The translations under genes were made by a program, and so were the position numbers. 39,212 nt of DNA, from IMG/VR virus record IMGVR_UViG_3300048849_000190, positions 1 to 39,212 of that record; one strand, written 5' to 3'. The notes under the pieces are model-generated. The model was not told the origin of the DNA, did not search any database, and was given only the letters and a program-made list of their open reading frames with translations. Position 1 is the stretch's first letter. The number at the start of each line of letters is the position of its first letter. The DNA comes from a virus (Duplodnaviria > Caudoviricetes). This document shows positions 25,636 through 34,074 of this stretch, piece by piece.

Positions 25636-28600
25636 ATGGCCAAAGAAGCGATCAGGACGATCCGCATCGTCGCCAAGGAAGAGGGCGCCGACAAGACTGT
25701 CGCTGCCGTCAACCGCGTCGGCACTGCGGTTGCGTCCACGGCTGACAAGGTCGAAGGCTTTGCCCGCGTCGTTGACCGCGACTTCAAGAAGGGGATGATT
25801 GGCGCCGAGACGGCAGCCGACGGCCTTGAAAAGAAAACCCGGAATCTCGCCGGAAGCTTCGATCGCCTTCAACAGAAACTGGACCCGGCATACCGAGCCG
25901 CAAAGCAGTGGGCGAACACGCAGAGAGACATCGCGCTCGGCTTTGAGCAGGGGGCCTACGGTCTGGAGCGCCAGAACGAGCTGCTCGGGCTTGCCGCGTT
26001 GAAGTACGGCCAGATGGGCAAGGCGGCGCTCGCTGCGAACCAGAACCTGGCCGAAATGACGCGCACCGCCACGAACTCGGCTGCCGTATTGGAGCGGGTT
26101 AACCGGGTCACTGGCGTGACGTCTGTCGGCGTCAGTGTCGGCCGCGGCGACGATCTTGCCGACTATGGCAGGCAGCTCGATGCGCTACGGGCCAAGTACA
26201 ACCCTCTGTTCGCGATTGGCCAGCAGTACAAGACGCAGGTTGATGAAATCCGGCGGGCTCACTCGGTCGGTGCGATCGGCGTGCACGAGATGGAAGAGGC
26301 CATCGCACAAGCAGGCGCTGCCGCGACCGCTCAGCAAACCGCCTATGCTCGCATGGGATCCAGCGTCGCCGGGGCCGGCGCGAGCGTTAAGCTGACCTCG
26401 CATCAGGTGGCGAACCTTGGTTACCAGGTGAACGACGTCGCCACGATGCTGGCGATGGGCGCGTCGCCGTTCCAAGTGATCTCGTCACAGGCTGGCCAGG
26501 TCGTGCAGGCGCTCGGCGATGGGCCGGGCGGGATGATGGGATCGCTGCAGGCCATTGGCAGCAGCATTCTTGGCCTCACGCGTTTCATCACGCCGCTGAC
26601 CATCGGGCTGACTGCCGCCGCTGGCGCCGTGGCCTATTTTGCTCTCCGCAATACGGCAGCAGAGAACTCTGCGGCCTCCTCTGAGAAGGCGGTGAAGGCC
26701 TACACCGATGCGCTAAAGGACATGCGCACGGCCGCAGGCGACGCGGGCAAGGCTGCTGGCGCAATCTTCGACCGCGAGACGACGCTTTCGCCCGCCGCTG
26801 CAAGGGCGCAGCTGTTGCAAGCGACTGAGGCGCAACGCCAGGCGAGAGCGGACGCGACCGAAGCCGCGATCAGCCGGGTGACACCAGCGTCGGGAACAAT
26901 CGGTGGCCTGCAGAATGTCTTCCAGCGGGCTTTCGACGGCGACTACAGTCGCTTCATCAGCCAGATGGAAGATGCTGTCTCTGAGCTTGCCCGGGGCAAA
27001 GTCACGGCAACTGAGTTCCAGGATGAAATTGCCGCCATTCGAACCAATCCCCTTCTGCCCGAGAGCCTGAAGGCTATTGCCGATGGCCTATCCGAGGACG
27101 CGAAGAGTGCGCGCGCGGCAGAGGCAAGTGTCATAGCGCTGCGGGATGCATTGAAAGAGGTCGGCTACGAAGCTGCCCAGATCACCTTCGACAAGCTTCG
27201 GGACGAGTTGGAAGCGCTGGCGCCCAAAGTAACTACGACCGCGCAAGACATCGTCCGGATGAACAACGAGGCCATCCGAGAGCTTGGGAAACTCGACCCT
27301 ACCAAGTACAGCGCCAAGGCGATCGAGGGACTCGGGTTAGGCATCCAGCGCACCGCCAGCGCTGCCTTCGACGAGCTCTCGCGCTCGGCCCGCGAGGCCG
27401 CTCAGGATGCTCAGGCCGCTCTTACTGATGTCGATGCGTCGCCACTCCAGCGCCAGATCAACCAAGTTACGCGGGAATACCAGCGGCAGCGCGAGGAGGC
27501 CGAGAGGACGAACGGCTCCAGCGCGACGCTTAGCGCATTGCGCGCGAAGCAGGAGGCCGATATCGGCGTTCTGATCAAAGAGAACACTCGGGCCGAGGAA
27601 GCGCGGCGGGCGGGCTATGCCCTCGACATCCAAGCCATTGGCGCACGCGATGCCGCGACCAAGGCCAGCATCGAAGCCGAGCGGACTCGCATCGACCTGC
27701 TGTCACAGGGCTACAGCGCTGCCGAGGCTCAAGCTCGTGCATCCGGAACCCTGTCGCTCTCGCTTGCGCAGGCGGCGCAGGCTGAGGCGGATTCGCTGCG
27801 CCAGCGGAATGAGGCCCGCACCGATGCGCTGAGCGGGCTTCAGCTCGAAATGCAGACGCTTGGCCAGACCGCCGGCGAGACTGCACGGCTGACGACTGAG
27901 TATCAGCTCCTCCAGGAAGCGAAGCGTGCTGCCTATGACGAGGGGCGAAGTGTCGGCCAGGACGAAATCGATGCGATCAAGCGGCAGGCTGTGGCCGTCG
28001 GCGAGGTGACTCAGAAGCTGGCAGAGCAGAAGCTCCAGCAGGACATTCTCTTCGAACGCTCGCAGATCGGGCTGAGCGACCAGGAACAGGCCATCCGCGA
28101 GCGGCTGAAGTCGTCGGGCATCGACATTGAGAGCGCCAATGGCAAGGCTTACGCTTCGCAGATCCGCTACAACGACGCGCTTCAGGAGTCCGTCGACCTC
28201 GCCAAGGACTTCGCCGAGACGCTAATCGATGGCCTGTCCAGCGGCGAAGGCGTCCTGAAGTCGCTGACGTCTGCCTTCGCTCAGCTTGGCCAGCAAATGG
28301 CGTCCAAGGGCCTGAACATGCTGTTCGATGGCCTGATGGGCGGTGGCGGCCAGCAGCAGTCCAGCGCGCCAACAGTCAGCAATGCCCTCGGCGCGCTCGG
28401 GCAGGTGTTCTCGCGGCCGTCGGCGTCGCAGGTATTCGCTCCGCAGACCTATGCCGCTCCGACGGTTGCCGTACAGCGTGCTGCACTCGCGCCGCTCGTA
28501 GACACCCGGCAGTTGACCGAGCTGAACGACAATCTGAGGCAGACTAGCCGCAGCGCGATGGACGTCGCGATGAATTTCAGCGGGCTGACCGAGAAGGCCA

Positions 28601-29157
28601 ACAGCCCGGTCCTAGACAGCTTCATGCAGGCCAGCGGGACATGGGGCAAGCTGTCGGCCAAGAGCACCGCCTGGTGCGCGGCGTTCGCGAACGCCGCTAT
28701 CATCGAGGCCGGCGGCAAGGGCACCGGATCTAACCTTGCCTCGTCTTTCCTCGATTGGGGGCAGGGCACGAACAACCCCAAGCCGGGCGATATCGTCGTG
28801 CTGAAGCCGCAAGCGGCGGGCGCGTCGGGTCATGTCGGCTTCTTCGCGTCCATGGCGAATGGCGAGGTCCAGATCTTCGGCGGCAACCAGGGTAACGCGG
28901 CAAAGACCAGCTCGTTTGCTCAGAGCGAAGTCAGATCCTACCGGACTGCGGACCAGGCATCGAACGAAAACGTCCTGACCAAGACTGGCATGACCAGCGC
29001 CGTTTCAGACGGTGTGGCGAACTATAGCCAGAAGGCGGCATCAGGTGCGATCCCTGGCGTCGACCCTTGGCGGGCATGCGCGATAAGACCACAAGTGGAT
29101 CACCAGCGGCTGCCGCCACGGGGGCAGGTGGCGGGTCGCGTCTTGGCGCTGGCATGA
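25636..29157 (+). CDS. tail tape measure protein, N-terminal part (with NlpC/P60-like TIGR02594-type domain)
   Basis: Ala-rich helical; LTSHQVANLGYQVNDVATML..G.SP (TMP_2-like); WCAAF...GDIVV...GHVGF...GGNQ near the end; last approx. 30 codons look out of frame. Confidence 0.9.
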   Translation: MAKEAIRTIRIVAKEEGADKTVAAVNRVGTAVASTADKVEGFARVVDRDFKKGMIGAETAADGLEKKTRNLAGSFDRLQQKLDPAYRAAKQWANTQRDIALGFEQGAYGLERQNELLGLAALKYGQMGKAALAANQNLAEMTRTATNSAAVLERVNRVTGVTSVGVSVGRGDDLADYGRQLDALRAKYNPLFAIGQQYKTQVDEIRRAHSVGAIGVHEMEEAIAQAGAAATAQQTAYARMGSSVAGAGASVKLTSHQVANLGYQVNDVATMLAMGASPFQVISSQAGQVVQALGDGPGGMMGSLQAIGSSILGLTRFITPLTIGLTAAAGAVAYFALRNTAAENSAASSEKAVKAYTDALKDMRTAAGDAGKAAGAIFDRETTLSPAAARAQLLQATEAQRQARADATEAAISRVTPASGTIGGLQNVFQRAFDGDYSRFISQMEDAVSELARGKVTATEFQDEIAAIRTNPLLPESLKAIADGLSEDAKSARAAEASVIALRDALKEVGYEAAQITFDKLRDELEALAPKVTTTAQDIVRMNNEAIRELGKLDPTKYSAKAIEGLGLGIQRTASAAFDELSRSAREAAQDAQAALTDVDASPLQRQINQVTREYQRQREEAERTNGSSATLSALRAKQEADIGVLIKENTRAEEARRAGYALDIQAIGARDAATKASIEAERTRIDLLSQGYSAAEAQARASGTLSLSLAQAAQAEADSLRQRNEARTDALSGLQLEMQTLGQTAGETARLTTEYQLLQEAKRAAYDEGRSVGQDEIDAIKRQAVAVGEVTQKLAEQKLQQDILFERSQIGLSDQEQAIRERLKSSGIDIESANGKAYASQIRYNDALQESVDLAKDFAETLIDGLSSGEGVLKSLTSAFAQLGQQMASKGLNMLFDGLMGGGGQQQSSAPTVSNALGALGQVFSRPSASQVFAPQTYAAPTVAVQRAALAPLVDTRQLTELNDNLRQTSRSAMDVAMNFSGLTEKANSPVLDSFMQASGTWGKLSAKSTAWCAAFANAAIIEAGGKGTGSNLASSFLDWGQGTNNPKPGDIVVLKPQAAGASGHVGFFASMANGEVQIFGGNQGNAAKTSSFAQSEVRSYRTADQASNENVLTKTGMTSAVSDGVANYSQKAASGAIPGVDPWRACAIRPQVDHQRLPPRGQVAGRVLALA

Positions 29158-31670
29158 GCGTCCTCGGCGCGGGTGTCGGTGCATTCTCACAAGGGTATGA
29201 ATCCGGGTCACCCGTCTCCGGTGGCCTGGGCGGAGCGCTGGGCGGAATTGGCGCTGCCGGTTCGATCGGCTCTTTTCTTGGAGTTGGCGCGCTGGCAGCT
29301 ACGGGCATCGGCGCTGTTGCCGGTGCTGCCCTCGGTATTCTCGGCGGCGTCCTCGGCGGCAAGAAACAGCGCGAAGCCGAGCACCAGGCGAAGGCCGATG
29401 AGTGGGCGAAGATGGCCCCCGAATGGAACGCCTACCAGCAGGAGATGAAGACCGGCACCGGTGATCCCCGTGGCATTCGACAGATGGCGCAAGGCCTCGA
29501 CGATCAGCTGGTGAAGTTCGTTGCCAGCGGCTCTGATGCTTGGAAAAAGGGCTCTAACAATTCCAGCGAGCTGTATGCGCAGGTGTCGCAGGATCGCATC
29601 GAGTATATTCAGCGCACCGTGCAGCTCTTCAAGGACCAGTTCGAAACCGCAGTGGACAGCCTGAATCGTGGCGAAGGGCTGAAGAGCAAGTTCGACGAAA
29701 TCCGCGAGACGGTCCGGGCTACCGGGGAAGAGCTCGTCACGTTTCTCGACGACACGAGCCTCGCTTTGGGCGGTTCCAGCATCGCATATGGTGATGCGCA
29801 AAAGGCGTCGCAGAACCAGCTTCTCTCGATCTTTGAAGGTGCGCAGCCCCTTTCAGAAGTCGCTTCGGCAATGGAGCAGATGAAGGCAGCCGCCGCGGTC
29901 CTGCCACCTTATCTCGTCCAGCTCGGGATGTCGGCAGAAGACGCTGGCATCGCGGTCGACGAAAAGCTCACCGGAGGCATCCGCCGCCTTGGCGAGAGCG
30001 TAACGCAAGGTCTGCAGGACGAGATCGATGCGCTCGACGGGAAGGGGTATCTTGCAGACTTCCGCGCGCTGATGGCTCAGCACGAGTCCATCATGGCTGA
30101 TACCGTCTTGACGAACGTCGACACCTCGCTCGTCGGCACCTTCTTTGCCAAGCAAGCGCAGTCGATGGTCGATGGCGCCGAGTTGAGCGGCGACGCCTTC
30201 GACGAATTGATCAAGGCGTTCCCGTCGCTCACCGACGTCGTGCATGAGTTCGCCGGCTCGCTCGACGAGATCGCGGCGCAGATCAAGTCTTACGATGATC
30301 GGGTCTTTGCCACGAGCAACGACAATTCGCGGATGGCGGGGCGGCTCGCCGCATTCGATCGCGCTGCGGCGCAGGAGCGTCTCGACACTGCCGATGCTGC
30401 GGCGTCCGTCATCGAGGCACGCGAAAAGGCCCTTGGCGCGGAACGCCTGCGGATCATCCTCGATTTCGGCAGGCAGGCGGCGCAGAGCCTCCTCGGCTAC
30501 AGCGACCGCTACTTCGCGGCCACCACCGACACGTCCAGTCTTTCTGGCGCCCTCGGCAATTTCGAGCGGGGCGCGAACCGAGACCGGGTGACCGAGATGA
30601 TGGCGGGCGCGGGCAATCTGCCGTACCTGAACGCCACGCTCGCTGCCGAGAAGGTCTCGCTGATCAAGGGTCTGCTGACGTCGGCCTATGAGACCGAGCG
30701 GAACGAGATCGAGCAGACGATCAGCACGTTGCAGAGCCTGTCAGATCAGTGGCGCGATCTGCGGCTGTCCCTGAAGTTCGACGACAATCTGAGCACGCTT
30801 GCCCCGAAGGACCAGTTCCTGGAGGCGCAGAAGCAGTTCCGCGACATCTCGGCGAAGGCCGCCGCGGGCGACGAGGATGCGCAGCAAAAGCTGGCCGGCA
30901 TCAGTCAGTCCTATCTGGAGGAGGCGAAGAGCTACTATGCCTCATCCGAGGCCTATTACGCCGCGTTCAACGAGGTTCAGAGCGTCCTCGAAAACGCCGA
31001 GAGCCTGGCCAGTCAGCAGCTCGCGGCGCAGAAGGCGCAGCTCGACGCCACTAAGAGTCAGCTCGGCGAGCTGCAGTCGATCAACGGCAACACGTTCGAC
31101 ATCGTCGGCGGCCTGGCCGCGCTTGCCGAGGCGATGACGGCGGCGTCGAAGGCAGCTGCGGCTGCTGGCATCACGCCCGTCTCGTCAGGCGGCACGCCGA
31201 TCGACCCAGCTCTCGCATATCTGCAGAACAACCCGGACGTTCTCGCAGCCATCGCCAGCGGCGAGACCTTCGGCAATGTCGGGATGACGGCGGCGCAGCT
31301 CGCGGCCTACCACTACCAGCAGTTCGGCCAGAACGAGGGCCGCGGCTATGCTGTCGGCGGCCTGGTGGCAGGGCCGGGGACAGGCACCTCGGACAGCATC
31401 CGGGCGCGGCTGTCGGCAGGCGAGTTCGTCATGCCGGCGGCGATGGTGACGCCGCGCACGTTGCCGTCGCTGGAGGCCATGCGGCTGGGTCGGTCGCCCG
31501 GCAATGACAACGGCGACATGGTCGCCGAGCTCGGGAAGCTCCGGGCCGAGGTGTCCCGCCTTGGTTCGATCATCGCCGCATCTGACGAGGCGACCCGCGA
31601 GGAGATCCGCGTCGGCAACCGCAGCGCTGGCACCTCGGCGCGGGCGGCGGAACGGCGGAGCGCGGCATGA
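29067..31670 (+). CDS. tail tape measure protein, C-terminal part (-1 frame relative to the N-terminal part)
   Basis: Gly-rich hydrophobic segment, helical repeats, GGLVAGPGTGTSDSIRARLSAGEFV typical of tape measure C-termini. Confidence 0.85.
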   Translation: MAGMRDKTTSGSPAAAATGAGGGSRLGAGMSVLGAGVGAFSQGYESGSPVSGGLGGALGGIGAAGSIGSFLGVGALAATGIGAVAGAALGILGGVLGGKKQREAEHQAKADEWAKMAPEWNAYQQEMKTGTGDPRGIRQMAQGLDDQLVKFVASGSDAWKKGSNNSSELYAQVSQDRIEYIQRTVQLFKDQFETAVDSLNRGEGLKSKFDEIRETVRATGEELVTFLDDTSLALGGSSIAYGDAQKASQNQLLSIFEGAQPLSEVASAMEQMKAAAAVLPPYLVQLGMSAEDAGIAVDEKLTGGIRRLGESVTQGLQDEIDALDGKGYLADFRALMAQHESIMADTVLTNVDTSLVGTFFAKQAQSMVDGAELSGDAFDELIKAFPSLTDVVHEFAGSLDEIAAQIKSYDDRVFATSNDNSRMAGRLAAFDRAAAQERLDTADAAASVIEAREKALGAERLRIILDFGRQAAQSLLGYSDRYFAATTDTSSLSGALGNFERGANRDRVTEMMAGAGNLPYLNATLAAEKVSLIKGLLTSAYETERNEIEQTISTLQSLSDQWRDLRLSLKFDDNLSTLAPKDQFLEAQKQFRDISAKAAAGDEDAQQKLAGISQSYLEEAKSYYASSEAYYAAFNEVQSVLENAESLASQQLAAQKAQLDATKSQLGELQSINGNTFDIVGGLAALAEAMTAASKAAAAAGITPVSSGGTPIDPALAYLQNNPDVLAAIASGETFGNVGMTAAQLAAYHYQQFGQNEGRGYAVGGLVAGPGTGTSDSIRARLSAGEFVMPAAMVTPRTLPSLEAMRLGRSPGNDNGDMVAELGKLRAEVSRLGSIIAASDEATREEIRVGNRSAGTSARAAERRSAA

Positions 31671-33220
31671 TCTACCTCATCGAGTTCGGTGCCTACGACG
31701 AGGTCGCGGGCGCCGAGACGACGCAGCGCTTCGGCACGGACACCTTCGTCACCCGGCCGGGCGATCTGCCGGCCAATGCCGCCTTCGACGGGCGGGTGAT
31801 GGACCCGGGCAATTTCGAGGTGTTCCTGTTCGGCCGCGGCCGGACCTTCGGGCAGTCCGACGTCGGCGTCGGCGTGGTCAAGCTGGCCAATCCTGACGGC
31901 GCGCTCGACTATCTGATCGACCATGCCCTCGACGGCCGCGCGATCCGCATCTTCGCCATAGCCGACAAGTGGTCGCCCTGGTCGTCGCGATCGCTGCTGT
32001 TCTCAGGCCTCCTCGATCAGGCCGAGTTCGCCTATCGCGAGGTGACGCTGAGAATGCGTGACCGGCTCGACGTGCTGCGCAAGACGCTGCAGCAGGCCAC
32101 CTACCTCGGAACGACCATCAATGGCGGGCTCGCCTTTGCCGAGGGCAATGTCGACCTGAAGGACAAGCCGAAGCCGGAAGCCTTCGGGCACATCCTCAAT
32201 GTCCCGCCCGTCGTCGCCGACCCGTTCGACCTGATCTACGATATCGGCGTCAACGGCCTCTCTGCGGTCCTCGCCGTCCGCGACCGTGGCGTCGTTCTCA
32301 CGGCGTCGGCCGACTATGCGAGCCTCGCCGCCCTGAAGGCTGCTACAGTCACCTCTGGCCAGTACGCCACATGCCTCGCCGAGGGGCGTATCCGGCTTGG
32401 CAGCCTGCCGAATGGCGACGTCTCGGTAGATGCCGTGGAGGGCGCGACGCTTGCCGACAGGTCGGCGGCCCGGATCGCGCAGCGGATACTCCTGCGGCTC
32501 GGGATGATCGCCGGCACCGACTTCAATGCCGCCAGCTTCGACGCCTTGCATGCACTCGCCCCCGCCGAATGCGGGATCTGGCTCGGCACGAGCGAGACCG
32601 ACGCGCTGAAGGCGATCTCGATGGTGCTCGACAGCGTCGGCGCCTATCTCGTGCCGGACGCCACGGGCAAGTTCTTCGTCGGGCGGCTCGTAGCGCCGAG
32701 CGGCGCGCCGGTTGCCGAGATCGACGAGCTGGTGATCCTCGACGAGGGGAGCGGGATCGACCGCCTGGCGACCAACGACCAGGGCGGCGGTGTCAGGGCG
32801 AAGAAGCTCACCGTCCGGTTCGGCTACAACTACCTCGTTCAGGGCAAGGCCGATCTCGACAAGACGGTGGCCACCGAGGCGGTGAAGAGCTTCGCCGTGG
32901 AGGAATGGCGCCAGACCAGCGTCACGAGCGCGGCCGTGGAGGCGATCCTGCCGGATGCCCCCGAGCTGACCTTCGACACGTTGCTGGTCAGCGAGGTCGA
33001 CGCCACGGCGGAGGCCACCCGTCGCCTCGCGCTCTACAGCGTGCGTCGTGATCTGATCAACGTACCGTTGGACGCGACTGAGGCCGCCGGCATCGCGCTG
33101 GGCGATGTGGTCCGCCTGTCTCTGCCCCGCTTCGGCCTCGACGCTGGCCGGCTGTTCGTCGTGCTCGGCATGACGCCGACCTGGTCGACCGGACAGACCT
33201 CCCTCTCACTCTGGGGCTGA
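31667..33220 (+). CDS. tail tip / hub protein
   Basis: Follows tape measure; L.N.DG.LD, KPKP..FG...NVPP, GDVV.L...RFGL..G..F.V. Confidence 0.75.
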   Translation: MIYLIEFGAYDEVAGAETTQRFGTDTFVTRPGDLPANAAFDGRVMDPGNFEVFLFGRGRTFGQSDVGVGVVKLANPDGALDYLIDHALDGRAIRIFAIADKWSPWSSRSLLFSGLLDQAEFAYREVTLRMRDRLDVLRKTLQQATYLGTTINGGLAFAEGNVDLKDKPKPEAFGHILNVPPVVADPFDLIYDIGVNGLSAVLAVRDRGVVLTASADYASLAALKAATVTSGQYATCLAEGRIRLGSLPNGDVSVDAVEGATLADRSAARIAQRILLRLGMIAGTDFNAASFDALHALAPAECGIWLGTSETDALKAISMVLDSVGAYLVPDATGKFFVGRLVAPSGAPVAEIDELVILDEGSGIDRLATNDQGGGVRAKKLTVRFGYNYLVQGKADLDKTVATEAVKSFAVEEWRQTSVTSAAVEAILPDAPELTFDTLLVSEVDATAEATRRLALYSVRRDLINVPLDATEAAGIALGDVVRLSLPRFGLDAGRLFVVLGMTPTWSTGQTSLSLWG

Positions 33221-33222
33221 CC

Positions 33223-34074
33223 TTGGCGAACATCATGATCCTCCACCCGAACAGGGCGGATGCCGCGACTCTGTCTGGCGGCGACTGGCAGATCCCGCTC
33301 GCGACCATGCAGACCCGCCTGCTGCGGCGCGTGGCGCGGTCCGCCTCGCTAGCCCCGGCCGATACGCAGTTCGAGGTCGAACTGGACCGCGTCCGCTCCA
33401 TTCGCGCCGTTGCGCTGATCAATCACAATCTCAGCCGTCAGGCCCGCGTTCGGGTACGCGGCTCGGCCGACGGCGACTTCGACAGCCCGAAGTACGACAG
33501 CGGCTGGATCGGCTCCTATCCCGCGCTCTACTCATCCTCCAGCCTGAACTGGGAAGATGCCAACTTCTGGGACGGCCGCCCCCTGGCCGAGGATCTGGAC
33601 GGCTTCACACGGTCCTTCGTGCACATCCTGCCCGCCACCGTCTTTGCGACCTATTGGCTGATCGAGGTCGACGACCGGGCCAACCTCAATGGCTATGTCG
33701 ACATCGGACGGTTGTTCATGGCCGGCGGCTGGCAGCCCTCGTCCAATTACGTCTACGGCGGCTCGCTCGCCTTCGAGACGGGCACGAGCGTGACGCAGTC
33801 GCTGGCCGGCGCCGAGTTCTTCGATCGGCGGGAGCCTTACCGCGTGTTGCGCTGCGCCTTCGAATATCTGCCGCAGCAAGAAGCCCTGGAGCAGGGCCTC
33901 GAGATCCAGCGGCGGGCCGGCATCGACCAAGAGGTGTTCGTCATGGCCGATCCATCCGACACCAAGAACGTCACCCGCCTGTCCTTCCTCGGCCGCCTTC
34001 GCTCGCTGACGGCGCTGGAGCAGGTGATCTACCAGCGCGCCAACCTCGCATTCGAGATCAAGGAAATCCTCTGA
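33223..34074 (+). CDS. minor tail protein
   Basis: HNLS, YDSGW, YW.IE.DD..N..GY..IGRLF, WQP..N. Confidence 0.75.
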   Translation: MANIMILHPNRADAATLSGGDWQIPLATMQTRLLRRVARSASLAPADTQFEVELDRVRSIRAVALINHNLSRQARVRVRGSADGDFDSPKYDSGWIGSYPALYSSSSLNWEDANFWDGRPLAEDLDGFTRSFVHILPATVFATYWLIEVDDRANLNGYVDIGRLFMAGGWQPSSNYVYGGSLAFETGTSVTQSLAGAEFFDRREPYRVLRCAFEYLPQQEALEQGLEIQRRAGIDQEVFVMADPSDTKNVTRLSFLGRLRSLTALEQVIYQRANLAFEIKEIL

